Source: an uncultured Planctomycetaceae bacterium
GTDB taxonomy: Bacteria > Planctomycetota > Planctomycetia > Planctomycetales > Planctomycetaceae
Direction: 5' to 3'
Assembly: GCA_963813715.1 (NCBI GenBank)
Contig: CAWFAK010000005.1
Location: forward strand, 384,001 to 448,000
Length of the DNA: 64,000 nt
How positions within the stretch are numbered: the stretch's first letter is position 1; each line of letters starts with the position of its first letter. Below the pieces are notes generated by a model that did not search any database, was not told the origin of the DNA, and saw nothing but the letters and a program-made list of their open reading frames with translations. This document shows, in pieces, positions 11,207-21,829 of the stretch. Position numbers and translations under genes: made by a program.

Positions 11207-11251
11207 TTGACCGGTTCCGGCCGATGTTAATACAATCGTTTCATACAAACG
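11207..11251 (+). promoter_or_regulatory. Sigma70-like promoter with adjacent putative TetR operator
   Basis: TTGACC (11207) -18 nt- TACAAT (11231); inverted repeat CGTTT-catac-AAACG at 11237-11251. Confidence 0.6.
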
Positions 11252-11314
11252 GATGATGCGAGCGTTTCAGGCGATCGTTCAGAACGTCGCGACGAACACG
11301 GACGACGAATCAAG

Positions 11315-11986
11315 ATGACCATGAAAACCAACGACGACACCGAATATCGCCTGCTGCAAGCGGCCGGCGAGCTGTTTGCGGAAAAAGGCTACGACGGCGT
11401 CAGCGTCCGCGAGATCTGCCAGCGGGCGGGCGCCGGCAACGTGGCGGCCGTCAACTATTACTTCCGCGACAAGGAGCGGCTCTACATCGAGGCGGTGAAA
11501 TCGGCCTGCTCGCGGGGGGACGAAAGCTTCCCTTATCCCGATTGGCCTGCCGGCACCGAGCCGCGGCAAAAACTGATCGACTTCATCCGCGTGCTCACGG
11601 ACCGCATGTTCGGCAACAGCCCGCCGTGGGCCCGCCGATTGTTCTTGCGCGAATTGTCCCATCCGACCGAGGCCTGCACCGAATTCGTGCAGAAGATCGT
11701 GCGGCCGAACGCCGAGCTGTTGGGCAGTATTCTCACCGAGCTATTGCCCAAGGTGCCGCAACGCAAGCGGAGCCTGATCGCGTTCAGCATCGTCGGTCAG
11801 TGCTTTTTCCATCGCTTTGCCCAGCCGATCGTCACCCAGCTCGTGGGCGAGGAAGAAGCCCGCAACTACGACACGGCGCTCTTGGCCGAACATATTGCCG
11901 ACTTCAGCCTGGCGGCGCTGGGCCTGGAACCGGGTAAGAAAAGCCGGCCGCCGCGATCGCGTTCGGCGTCGCGGACGCGGGAGTAA
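11315..11986 (+). CDS. TetR family regulator with CecR/YbiH-type (DUF1956) C-terminus
   Basis: LLQAAGELFAEKGYDGVSVREIC...NVAAVNYYFRDKERLY HTH; FSIVGQC; HIADFSLAAL. Confidence 0.9.
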   Translation: MTMKTNDDTEYRLLQAAGELFAEKGYDGVSVREICQRAGAGNVAAVNYYFRDKERLYIEAVKSACSRGDESFPYPDWPAGTEPRQKLIDFIRVLTDRMFGNSPPWARRLFLRELSHPTEACTEFVQKIVRPNAELLGSILTELLPKVPQRKRSLIAFSIVGQCFFHRFAQPIVTQLVGEEEARNYDTALLAEHIADFSLAALGLEPGKKSRPPRSRSASRTRE

Positions 11987-11990
11987 CGAC

Positions 11991-13133
11991 GTGACCTGGG
12001 TCGCGCTCAAGATGATGACCGGCAATCGCGGCAAGTATTTCGCGATCGTGTTCGGGATCGCCTTTGCCTGCATGCTGATGGGGCAGCAAGCGTCGATCTT
12101 CTGCGGACTGATGCGAAATACCACGAGCCAGATTCGCGACACGACCGGGGCCGACATCTGGGTGATGGACCCCAGCGTGGAATTCGTCGACGACGTCACG
12201 CCGCTGGCGGACAACGATTTGTTCCGCGTGCGGGGCGTGCCCGGCGTGAGCTGGGCGGTGCGGTTCTACAAAGGGCTGGCCCGGGCGCAGTTTTTGGAGG
12301 GGAACTTCAAGCAGTTCATCGTGCTGGGTCTCGACAACGAAAACTTCGTCGGCGCTCCGCAAGAAATGCTGTTGGGATCGCTCGAAGATCTGCGGCGGCC
12401 GGACGCCGTGATTCTCGACGAGTACGGCTATCACTACTTGTGGCCGGGCGAGCCGCTGCGGGCCGGACGCACATTCGAGATGAACGATCGCCGGGCGCAG
12501 GTGGTCGGCGTTTGCAAAACCTCGCCGACGTTCCAGACGTTCCCCGTCGTCTACACCCGCTATACCCAAGCGCTGCAGTATGCACCGCAGGAACGCCGAG
12601 TGCTGTCGTTCGTGTTGGCCAAGGCCAAACCCGGCGTGCCCGTCGCGGATGTCTGCGAGAGCATCCAGGAGCAGACCGGCTTGATGGCCCTCTCGCAGCC
12701 GACCTTTAGCTGGATGACGGTCTCTTATTACATGCGGCGGACGGGCATTCCGGTGAACTTCGCGACGACCGTGCTTCTGGGGTTCATTATCGGTGCGGCG
12801 GTCGCCGGTCAGACCTTTTATCTCTTCACGATCGGCAACCTGAAGCAATTCGGCGCGCTCAAGGCGATGGGCGTGAGCAACGTCCGCATTTTTGGAATGG
12901 TGCTCGTGCAAGGCGCGTTCGTGGGCGTGATTGGCTACGGGATCGGCATGGGAATGGCCGCCCTCGTTGAGACGGTGATGTCACTGACGATCACCACGAT
13001 TCCCCCCGTGTTCTATATGCTCTGGCAGATTCCGGCAGGGACCGCGATTGCGGTCGCGCTGATTATGATCGCAACCACGTTCGTCAGTTTGCATCGCGTG
13101 TGGGTGCTCGAACCCGCGGCGGTCTTTCGTTAG
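11991..13133 (+). CDS. ABC transporter permease (MacB/FtsX-like) 1
   Basis: GTG start MTWVALKMM; ADIWVMD periplasmic domain; QFGALKAMG; EPAAVFR end. Confidence 0.9.
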   Translation: MTWVALKMMTGNRGKYFAIVFGIAFACMLMGQQASIFCGLMRNTTSQIRDTTGADIWVMDPSVEFVDDVTPLADNDLFRVRGVPGVSWAVRFYKGLARAQFLEGNFKQFIVLGLDNENFVGAPQEMLLGSLEDLRRPDAVILDEYGYHYLWPGEPLRAGRTFEMNDRRAQVVGVCKTSPTFQTFPVVYTRYTQALQYAPQERRVLSFVLAKAKPGVPVADVCESIQEQTGLMALSQPTFSWMTVSYYMRRTGIPVNFATTVLLGFIIGAAVAGQTFYLFTIGNLKQFGALKAMGVSNVRIFGMVLVQGAFVGVIGYGIGMGMAALVETVMSLTITTIPPVFYMLWQIPAGTAIAVALIMIATTFVSLHRVWVLEPAAVFR

Positions 13134-13145
13134 GCCGAGACGACT

Positions 13146-14280
13146 ATGCCCTGGCTGGCTTTAAAGATGTTGTTGGGCGATCGGGCCAAGTATCTGGCCA
13201 TCGTCGCCGGCATTGCCTTTTCCGCGCTGCTCATTGCGCAGCAGTCGGCGATTTTCTGCGGCTTGATGCGGCGGCACGGTGGGCCAGCTGCGCGACGTCA
13301 CGGACGCCGACATTTGGGTGATGGATCCGTCCGTCGAATACCTCGACGAGCTGAAACCGATGAAGGAGAACCACGTCTACCAGGTGCAGGGAGTGCCCGG
13401 AGTGGCCTGGGCCGTCCGCTTCTGCAAGGGGCAGGCCCGCATGAAGCTCTTCGACGGCAAGTATCAACAGGCGATCGTGCTCGGACTGGACGACGCCACC
13501 TTCGTCGGCGCACCGCAAAACATGCTGCTGGGCTCGCTCGCCGGGCTCAAGCTGCCCGACGCCGTGATCATGGACGAGATTGGGTACCGCTACCTGTGGC
13601 CGGGAAAGCCGCTCCAGATCGGCGGCACGTTTGAAATGAACGATCACCGGGCCGTGATCGTCGGAATCTGCAAGGCGAATCGGACGTTTCAAACGTTCCC
13701 GATTCTTTACACGCGCTACAACCTGGCGCTGCAGTACGTGCCGCAGGAGCGGCGCGTGCTCCCCTTCGTGCTGGTGAAGGGCCAACCCGGATTGACCACG
13801 ACGGAAGTTTGTGAGCGGATCACACAGCAGACGGGGCTCGAGGCGCTGCCCCGCGAGGAATTCGGCTGGAGAACCGTCGGCTATTACATGAAGCGGACGG
13901 GCATCCCCATCAACTTTGGACTCACCGTGGTGTTGGGGTTCGTCGTTGGCTGCGCAATCGCGGGCCAGACCTTCTACACCTTTGTCCTGGAAAACATGAA
14001 CCAGTTTGGGGCGTTGAAAGCCATGGGCGTCAGCAACCTGAAGCTCGTCGGCATGGTGCTTTTTCAGGCCCTGGTCGTGGCGACGTTGGGGTACGGCTTG
14101 GGAATCGGACTAGCGGCCTTGTTCGGTGTGCTCACGCAAAACACCGAGGTCTCCTTCTTCCTTCCGTGGCAGGTGCTGGGCCTGACGGCCGTCGCGACCG
14201 CGCTGATTGCCGTCTTGGCCAGCGTGATCAGCATCCGGCCTGTGCTGTATCTCGAACCGGCGGTCGTGTTTCGAGGCTGA
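13146..14280 (+). CDS. ABC transporter permease (MacB/FtsX-like) 2, frameshift near 13275
   Basis: Paralog of the upstream permease: MPWLALKML... | GQLRDVTDADIWVMD...QFGALKAMG...EPAVVFRG. Confidence 0.88.
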
Positions 14281-14303
14281 TACGCCTTACTTGAGAGCGG
14301 ACG

Positions 14304-15134
14304 ATGATCTGGCGCAACGCGACAAAACGAGAAACCGACGATTCCGGCACGGTCGGACTGCTGAACGGCCCGACGACCGCCGTCGTCTGTCGCCAGGTGA
14401 CCAAGGAATTCGGCGACGGCGATTCCCGGGTCTTCGCGCTGCGTGGCATCGACCTGGAAGTTTACGGCGGCGAGCTGACGCTGTTGGTCGGTCCGTCGGG
14501 CTGCGGCAAAACGACGCTGATCTCGATCATCGCCGGCCTGCTCGATCCGACGGCCGGCTCGCTGGAAGTGTTGGGGGAAGACCTGAGCCGGATGCGCGGC
14601 GGACAGCTCGTCGATTTTCGCGGCGCCAACGTCGGCTTTGTGTTTCAGCAGTACAACTTGCTCCCCGCGTTGACGGCGGCTGAGAATGCGGCCGTGCCGC
14701 TGATCATTGCCGGCCGTCCCCGCCGGGAAGCCATCGCCAAGGCCCGGGACATTTTGGCGGCGCTCGAGATGAGTGACCGGGCCGACGCCCTGCCTTCGAC
14801 GTTGTCGGGCGGCCAGCAGCAACGGGTGGCGATTGCCCGGGCCCTCGTCCACGAGCCGCGCCTGCTGGTGTGCGACGAGCCGACGGCCGCGCTCGACGCG
14901 CGTTCCGGCCGCACCGTGCTCGACCTGGTGAAGCGCGTGGCCGTGCAGCCGGATCGGGCCGTGATCGTCGTCACCCATGACAATCGAATTTTCGACTTCG
15001 GCGACCGGATCGTCACCATGAACGACGGCCGCATCGAAAGCGTGACAGACCAGAAAAACGCAGGCGGGCCGAAATCCGTCCCGCACAGCGCGTTGGAACC
15101 GCGCGCTTGGCCTTTTGAATCAGGTGAAGCATGA
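14304..15134 (+). CDS. ABC transporter ATP-binding protein (LolD/MacB-like)
   Basis: GPSGCGKT Walker A, LSGGQQQR, CDEPT, VTHD. Confidence 0.95.
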   Translation: MIWRNATKRETDDSGTVGLLNGPTTAVVCRQVTKEFGDGDSRVFALRGIDLEVYGGELTLLVGPSGCGKTTLISIIAGLLDPTAGSLEVLGEDLSRMRGGQLVDFRGANVGFVFQQYNLLPALTAAENAAVPLIIAGRPRREAIAKARDILAALEMSDRADALPSTLSGGQQQRVAIARALVHEPRLLVCDEPTAALDARSGRTVLDLVKRVAVQPDRAVIVVTHDNRIFDFGDRIVTMNDGRIESVTDQKNAGGPKSVPHSALEPRAWPFESGEA

Positions 15135-16057
15135 AAATCAGAATGGGGAAGTTCTTCCTGCCGTTCCTGGCCGCGGGCATGCTGGGCTTTGCGATCTATC
15201 ACGTGGCGATGGCGCAAAAGACGTACACCAAGGCGCCGCCGCCGATCGAACCGCCGACCACTCCGTTCGGCCACACGGTCGCCGGATCGGGCATCGTCGA
15301 GCCGAACAACGAAGCTAGCACGACTTCGGCCATCGCCGTCGGTTCGCAGATTTCGGGGGTGGTCACTCACGTTCACGTGCGAATCAATCAGAACGTGAAG
15401 TTGGGCGACCTGTTGTTTGAGCTGGATAAACGGGCCGCGCTCGCCGACCTGCACGTTCGCGAAGCGCAAGTCGGCGTCGCCGACTCCAACGTCCGCCTGC
15501 AGAAGGACCAGTTGGACCGAGGCGCCAAGCTACTGCCGCGGCAGGCGATCACCGAGCAGGACTACGTCACGCGCGTCGAGAACTACCGTTCGGCGCTGGC
15601 GTCGTTGGAGCTGGCCAAGGTGCAGGTGGAGCAAGGGAAGACGGCCGTCGATCTGCTCGAGATTCGCGCCCCCGTGGACGGCACGATCCTGCAGATTAAC
15701 ATCCGCCCCGGCGAATTCGTGTCGATCTCGGGCAATCAATCGATGATCCAGATGGGCAACATGCAGCCGCTGCACGTCCGCGTCGACGTCGACGAAGAAG
15801 ACCTGCCGCGACTGAAGCTCAACGCGCCGGCCACTGCCAAGATTCGCGGCGACGCCCTCCAGCAGGAGGTGCCGCTGCACTTCGTGCGGCTCGAGCCATT
15901 CGCCATGCCCAAGGTTTCGCTCACCGGAGCTAACACGGAACGAGTCGACACGCGGGTGGTGCAGGTGATCTACGCGATCGAGCCGAACAACAAGCTTGTC
16001 GCCGAGAGGAAGATCCTGGTCGGCCAACTCTTGGACGTGTTCATCGACAGCAAGTGA
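15131..16057 (+). CDS. Efflux membrane fusion protein (HlyD family)
   Basis: N-terminal TM; lipoyl halves (ISGVVTHVHV, IRAPVDGTIL); ERVDTRVVQVIY; ATGA overlap. Confidence 0.9.
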   Translation: MKIRMGKFFLPFLAAGMLGFAIYHVAMAQKTYTKAPPPIEPPTTPFGHTVAGSGIVEPNNEASTTSAIAVGSQISGVVTHVHVRINQNVKLGDLLFELDKRAALADLHVREAQVGVADSNVRLQKDQLDRGAKLLPRQAITEQDYVTRVENYRSALASLELAKVQVEQGKTAVDLLEIRAPVDGTILQINIRPGEFVSISGNQSMIQMGNMQPLHVRVDVDEEDLPRLKLNAPATAKIRGDALQQEVPLHFVRLEPFAMPKVSLTGANTERVDTRVVQVIYAIEPNNKLVAERKILVGQLLDVFIDSK

Positions 16058-16101
16058 CCGGGTCGCCTGAGCGCTGCCGGTGTCATCTTGACTTGTGGGT
16101 T

Positions 16102-16144
16102 GCACGGCGTGGTTCCGCCATCTCGGGCCACGCCGTGCTTTATT
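16102..16144 (+). terminator. Rho-independent terminator of the ABC operon
   Basis: GCACGGCGTGG / CCACGCCGTGC 11-bp stem followed by TTTATT. Confidence 0.65.
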
Positions 16145-16366
16145 AATGCCCGGTAATTCGCCGCAACCTCTGATGGCGAATGCACGAATGCGATTCTTGC
16201 GGAGCGCAACGAGCGGCTGCTGATGCCGCGCGGCGGCCCGCCGGTTCGATCTTGTCGCGCCTCTCGATTTCGCCTACCTTCCCGCCTCTATTCTGCGGGC
16301 CGACTGCCGATTCCCATCTCTGGGTTTTCCCTTCCTCCCGTCTGAGTTCGCTGGAGGCCCCAACCC

Positions 16367-16969
16367 ATGCGTGGCGATTCGCCCTTCGTCCGACAATCGA
16401 TCCGCTTTGTTCGTCAGTCCAAACGGCCGTTGGCGCTGGTGCTTGTCGCCGCGTTTTCGATTCACGCGGTCTCGTGTGGGACGATCATTCACCCCGAGCG
16501 GTGGGGTCAGCCGCGAACCGGCCCGCTCGATCCATCGATCGTCATTCTCGACGGCTTGGGCGTGTTGTTGTTCGTGATTCCGGGCGTGGTGGCGTTCGTC
16601 GTCGATTTTTCGACCGGTGCCATCTATCTGCCCGGGCCGTCTGCCTACTATCCGGCGCCGCCGGGAGGTTATCCGCCTCCGCCGTCCTATCCGCCGCCCG
16701 GCGCTTACCCGCCGCCTGGCGCCTATCCGGCCGGCGGAAATTATGCAGCGCCCGGCACCTCGTCGGCCTATCCGCCTCCGCCACCGACGGGCGTTCCCAT
16801 GACGCGGATCGACGTCGATCCCACGCAGCTCAACAAGGACAAGATCCAAGCGGTAATCCGTGCCCAAACCGGACGCGACGTCAACCTCGATGATCCGGAC
16901 GTGGCGGTGCAACCCGTGCCCAACGTGGACGACGCGTCGCGTTTGCTGAACGCTGCCCGCCAGCCCTGA
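16367..16969 (+). CDS. Lipoprotein-like membrane protein with Tyr-Pro-rich repeats
   Basis: AVSCGTIIHPER..GQ...DPSIVILDGLGVLLFVIPGVVAFVVDFSTGAIYLP then YPPP(P/G) repeats. Confidence 0.75.
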   Translation: MRGDSPFVRQSIRFVRQSKRPLALVLVAAFSIHAVSCGTIIHPERWGQPRTGPLDPSIVILDGLGVLLFVIPGVVAFVVDFSTGAIYLPGPSAYYPAPPGGYPPPPSYPPPGAYPPPGAYPAGGNYAAPGTSSAYPPPPPTGVPMTRIDVDPTQLNKDKIQAVIRAQTGRDVNLDDPDVAVQPVPNVDDASRLLNAARQP

Positions 16970-17144
16970 CCATCAGGTGAAGGGCCCGCGCCCCCTCGAG
17001 CCGGACGAATCTGGCACGAGCCTCCTGCGGGGGCTACGATAAAGTTCCGGCGTCACTGGGCTGGAGCCTTGCGGACCCGCGGATTTTCGCGTCGGTTCCG
17101 AAGTTGCCGCGGCTCGCCCGGCGCCCTGCTACGACACGTTCGTC

Positions 17145-20100
17145 ATGCACTACGTTCCCGACTCGGCCCGCGACTTTCTGCCCGACGGTGCGGCACAGCG
17201 AACGGGATCGGGACTGCCCGGCGGCCGACTTTCCGCCACCAGCTTTCACTACCAGTCCGCACCGGTCTATTTCCTGACACTGATCGTCGGGGCCCTGCTC
17301 GCCGCCGATTTGGTGATCGGCCTGTTTGCCGACCCCGCGTGGTCAGTTTACCGAGCGCCGTTCGGTTTTCGGCTGGCCCTCTTGGCGGCGGTGCTTGGCG
17401 GCGGGCGGATCCTCTATCAGACGCTCGACGGGCTCTTCGAGGGGCGAGTCGGAGCGGAGCTGGCCCTGACGATCGCCGCTTTGGCGGCCATCATGCTTGG
17501 CGAATATATGACGGCCGCGCTCGTGGTCTTCATCGCGCTCTGCGGCGAAAGCGTCGAGGGCTATACGCTCGATCGCGCCCAGTCGGCCATTCGTCGCGTC
17601 TTCGATCTTTGCCCCGCGGTGGCGCATGTCGTCCGCGGCGGGCGCGAGGTGGACGTTCCCGTCGGCGAAGTCGGCGCGGGCGAAACCGTGACCATCCGTC
17701 CCGGGGAGCGCGTGCCCGTCGACGGCACCGTCTCGTCCGGCGTCTCGACCGTCGACCAAAGTGCGCTCACCGGGGAGAGCTTGCCCGCCGACAAACAAGC
17801 CGGAGCGGAAGTCTTCACCGGCACGCTCAATCAATACGGATCGCTGAGCGTAGTCGCCAAGAAAGTTGGGCCCGACACCACGCTGGCGCAAGTCGTCGAA
17901 CTGGTCGCTCAGGCCACGCAGCAGAAGACGCCCCTGGAGCGGACGGCCGATCGGCTGGCCCGTGTCTTCTTGCCCTTCGTGCTGGGCGCGGCAGTGCTGA
18001 CGTTGATTGGCTGGTGGTGGAGCACGGGCGAGTGGCGCGCGGGCTTTCGGCCGGCGCTTGCCGTGCTGGTCGTCGCCTGCCCGTGTCCGCTGATTCTGGC
18101 GACACCCACGGCCGTCATCGCCGCTATGGCGTGGCTGGCGCGCAAAGGCGTCGTCGTGAAGGGCTCGGCCGCGCTCGAGAGCCTGGCCAGTGTCGACACC
18201 ATCGCTTTCGACAAAACGGGGACGCTCACCCGCGGCGAACTCGCGCTCGGCGCGATCGTGGCCTTGCCGCCCTTGTCCGAGACCGAGTTGCTCCGCGTGG
18301 CGGCCATCGCCGAGCGGCGCAGCGAGCACCTCCTGGCGCGCTTGATTGTCCGCGAAGCCGAAGCCCGCAATCTCGTGGTGCCGGGGATCGAAGAGTTCAC
18401 GCTGCATCCTGGCGCCGGCGTGGTGGCCCGCGTCCGCGCGACGCTCTTGGGCCCGTGGGTCGACGAGACGAGCGGCCTGTGTGCGGTGATCGTCGGCAAT
18501 CGCCGGTTGCTCGAAGCGCAACAGGTCGTTGTCGATGCGGCCTTCGAGGCGCAGCTCACCCAAATCGAAGAGAGCGGCGCCACCACGATGCTGGTCGCGG
18601 TCGACGGCCGGCTGCTCGGAGCGATCGGCGTCCGCGATGCGCTCCGCGACGAAAGTCGGTCCGTGATCGCCGAGCTGAAACGCTCCGGTGTGAAATCGTT
18701 CGCCCTGCTCACCGGCGATCGCCCGCAAGCGGCCCGCACCGTGGCCGACGCATTGGGCGTTTTCGACGAGGTCCAGTCCGGCCTGTTTCCCGCCGACAAG
18801 GCCCGCTGGATCGACGAGCAACAGCGACGGGGCCGACGGGTGGCCATGGTGGGCGACGGAATCAACGACGCGCCGGCCCTCGCTGCGGCCGACGTCGGTA
18901 TCGCGCTGGGGGGCGTCGGCAGCGACATCGCGGCCGAGGCCGGCTCGCTGGTGCTGATGGGCGATCCGCTGCGGCCGCTGCCCGGACTGTTGCGACTGTC
19001 CCACGCGCTCGTTCGCAACATTCGCCAGAGCATTTTGATCTTTGCCTTCGGCATGAACGCGGTCGGCATGCTGCTTTCCTCGTTCGGCCTGCTGAGCCCG
19101 GTGCTCGCCGCCGTGTTCCACGAAGCGGCCTCGCTCGCCGTGATGGTCAATGCGACGCGGCTCTTGGGCTTCGAGCGGCTGCAATCATCGACGGCGGCCG
19201 GAGTATGGGAGCAGTTTTCGCGGGGCGCGGAATGGCTCACGCAAGCGCTTTCGCCCAGCCGCTGGATTTTTCGGCTGATCGAGAACCGCGCCGTCGTGCT
19301 GGGCGTCCTCGTGCCGGCGATTGTCTTTGTCTGGCTGTTGTCCGGCATCGTTTGCATCCGCGATAACGAGCGGGCCTTCGTCACCCGCTTCGGCCGGGCC
19401 GAGGCCGATCTGCCCGCGGGAGTCCATTGGCGGCTGCCTGTTCCGTTCGAGCGAATCTATCGCGAGCCGGCCGACAAGCTGCGCACCGTGCAGATCGGCT
19501 TTCGTGGATCCGACGCGCGACCGGCGTCCGACCCTGCCGTGGTCGGCGAACCGATCGAATGGACCAGCGAGCATAACGAAGCGGGTTTCGAGGGGCGTCC
19601 CGACGAGTCGCTCGTGCTGACCGGGGACGAAGTGCTCGTCGAAATGACGGCCGAAGTCCAGTGGCGAATCGCCGACATGCGGCAATACGCGTTCGGATCG
19701 GTTCGCCCTGCCGAGACTCTCCGGACCGTGGCCGAAAGCGTCCTCCGCGGGATGGCCAGCCGGCAAACGCTCGACGGAATTCTCACGGAGCGGCGGCAAG
19801 CGATCGAGGACGATTGCCTGGCGCGGCTCCGCGGTCGCATCAAGCCGCTGGGCCTGGGAATCGAAGTCACCGAGCTGACGCTGCTCGACGTTCACCCGCC
19901 GCGGCCCGCCGTTTCGGCCTATCGCGACGTGGCCGACGCGCTCGAAGAAAAGGAAGAACGCATCAACGAGGCGGAGGCCTATTACGCCGGTCGGCTGTTG
20001 CGCGCGGCCGGCGAACGGGCCGTGCTGATGTTAAGCGATGCGGCTGCTGATTCGAGACAGCGGTTCGATAAAACGACGGCCGGCGGCGTCTCCGGCTGGA

Positions 20101-20600
20101 CGCTGACGGACGCTCTCTGGTCAAAGCTCAATCCCGAGTCGCCGACGACGGAGCTCGTCCTTTCGGGCGAAGCGGCCACCGTCCTGTTGGGTGCGCGAGC
20201 GCAGGCGACGCAAACCACGCAAGCCGCCGGCGGACAGGCCGATCGCTTCAAAGAACTGCTGGGCGCATATCGGTCTCAGCCAGAGCTGACTGGCCGACAC
20301 CTCTATTGGCAGGCGGTCATCGATTCGCTCTCCGGGCGGGCAGTGACGATCATCGACCCCAAGGCGGGCGGCCACAAACGGCTCCTGCTCGGCAGCCCCG
20401 ACGACTTGCGGAACGGCGGCCTGCTCCGCGAGATCGGCTCCGAAGCCCCGTCGACCTCCACGAATCCCACGGACGTGGCAAGCCCAACCGGTGCCCCGAA
20501 CACAACCCCAACTGAGCCGTCGCCAAACGTCCCGTCGGACCGGCCGGCCGAATCCGATCCGTCCAACCGCGGAAGTTCAAACAACGAGTCCAATCGCTGA
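17145..20600 (+). CDS. P1B-type heavy-metal ATPase fused to a C-terminal SPFH/HflK-like domain
   Basis: LTGES, ACPCP, DKTGT, SEHLLA, TGD, GDGIND, HEAAS; then TM + ERAFVTRFGR..GVHWRLPVPFE..LTGDE..LGIEV..LLDVHPP..AYRDV..INEAEAY. Confidence 0.92.
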   Translation: MHYVPDSARDFLPDGAAQRTGSGLPGGRLSATSFHYQSAPVYFLTLIVGALLAADLVIGLFADPAWSVYRAPFGFRLALLAAVLGGGRILYQTLDGLFEGRVGAELALTIAALAAIMLGEYMTAALVVFIALCGESVEGYTLDRAQSAIRRVFDLCPAVAHVVRGGREVDVPVGEVGAGETVTIRPGERVPVDGTVSSGVSTVDQSALTGESLPADKQAGAEVFTGTLNQYGSLSVVAKKVGPDTTLAQVVELVAQATQQKTPLERTADRLARVFLPFVLGAAVLTLIGWWWSTGEWRAGFRPALAVLVVACPCPLILATPTAVIAAMAWLARKGVVVKGSAALESLASVDTIAFDKTGTLTRGELALGAIVALPPLSETELLRVAAIAERRSEHLLARLIVREAEARNLVVPGIEEFTLHPGAGVVARVRATLLGPWVDETSGLCAVIVGNRRLLEAQQVVVDAAFEAQLTQIEESGATTMLVAVDGRLLGAIGVRDALRDESRSVIAELKRSGVKSFALLTGDRPQAARTVADALGVFDEVQSGLFPADKARWIDEQQRRGRRVAMVGDGINDAPALAAADVGIALGGVGSDIAAEAGSLVLMGDPLRPLPGLLRLSHALVRNIRQSILIFAFGMNAVGMLLSSFGLLSPVLAAVFHEAASLAVMVNATRLLGFERLQSSTAAGVWEQFSRGAEWLTQALSPSRWIFRLIENRAVVLGVLVPAIVFVWLLSGIVCIRDNERAFVTRFGRAEADLPAGVHWRLPVPFERIYREPADKLRTVQIGFRGSDARPASDPAVVGEPIEWTSEHNEAGFEGRPDESLVLTGDEVLVEMTAEVQWRIADMRQYAFGSVRPAETLRTVAESVLRGMASRQTLDGILTERRQAIEDDCLARLRGRIKPLGLGIEVTELTLLDVHPPRPAVSAYRDVADALEEKEERINEAEAYYAGRLLRAAGERAVLMLSDAAADSRQRFDKTTAGGVSGWTLTDALWSKLNPESPTTELVLSGEAATVLLGARAQATQTTQAAGGQADRFKELLGAYRSQPELTGRHLYWQAVIDSLSGRAVTIIDPKAGGHKRLLLGSPDDLRNGGLLREIGSEAPSTSTNPTDVASPTGAPNTTPTEPSPNVPSDRPAESDPSNRGSSNNESNR

Positions 20601-20623
20601 ACCTCAGCGCTGAAGTCGAAACC

Positions 20624-21829
20624 ATGATCGATCGTAGTTCGGATCAGTTCGCTCGTACCCCGCCCGACGGACTGAGTCCACCGCCCGACGGCCGCTTCGC
20701 GCGACGCCTCGGGCTCTTTGCGCTGGCGCTCTCCTCGTCGGACTTGCGGCGACCTGCGTGATCTTTGTCGACGAGCGGGAGGCGGTGATCGTCGAGCGGT
20801 TTGGCAGCATTGTGCGAGTTTACGATCGCGAGGCCGACCGTGGAGCCCACTTCAAGCTTCCCTGGCCCATCGATCTGGCCCGCCGCTTCGATCGCCGCGT
20901 GCAGTTGTTCACGCCGTCGGCCCGCGAGATGTTTACGAGCGATAAGAAGAACGTCACGGTCGACGTCTACATCTGCTGGCGAATCGCCCAGCCGCCGGAA
21001 GGTGCCGCCGACGCACCGGGCGAACGGCCCGTGGTGCGCTTCTATCGCGGGCTGGGCAGCAGCGACGTGGCCGAGGCCCGTCTGGAAAGCCGCGTCCGCT
21101 CGATCCTGACGACGGCGCTCGGCCAGGTCGAGCTGAGCCATCTGCTCGGTGTGAAGAATTCCGAGCAGGGCCCGGCGAAGAACGAGACCGGGCCGCTCGA
21201 TCGCCTGTCCGAAACCGTCCGCGACGAAACGCTCAAGCGGGGGAGCGAGTCCGAGTCGCTCCGTGATCGGCTCGGTATCGAAGTCGTCGATCTGCGGATC
21301 ACGCGGCTCAATTTGCCGCAGGGCAACCAGCAGGCCGTCTTCGATCGAATGAAGAGCGAGCGGAAGAAAATTGCCGACCGGTATCGCTCGGCGGGACTGG
21401 CGGAAAACCAGATGCTTCGCAGCCAGGCCGACCGGCAATACAACGAGCTTTTGGCGAAGACTCGGGCCGACGCTGAGCGGATTCGCGGCGTCGCCGAAGC
21501 CGAGGCTGTCCGCGTGCTGAACGCGGCCCACGGGCAGGATCCCGAATTCTACGCCGTGCTCGCGGCGCTCGATGCGTACCGCAAGATTCTCAATGACCGC
21601 ACGACCCTGGTGCTTTCCGCGTCGAGCAGCATGCTCAAGCTGCTGACCGACGGGATCCCCGAGCTGAAGAGCCGGCCCGAGCCGGTGCCTCGCACCACCG
21701 CGCGGCCGCCACTGTCGCCAAACGGCAAATCGCCGACCGGCAAGACGGCGCTCACCCCCAAAAGCGCCGCCCGGCAGCCCCAGCCGCCGGCGTCCGGCCA
21801 TTTCGGGCATGTCGGGAGGGGGCCGATGA
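20624..21829 (+). CDS. hflC: HflC-like SPFH protein (N-terminal frameshift near 20730; end probably at the TGA overlapping the next ATG)
   Basis: VDEREAVIVERFG, HFKLPWP, FDRRVQ, TSDKKNVTVD, GIEVVDLRITRLNLP, RMKSER, RGVAEAEA, DPEFY. Confidence 0.85.
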
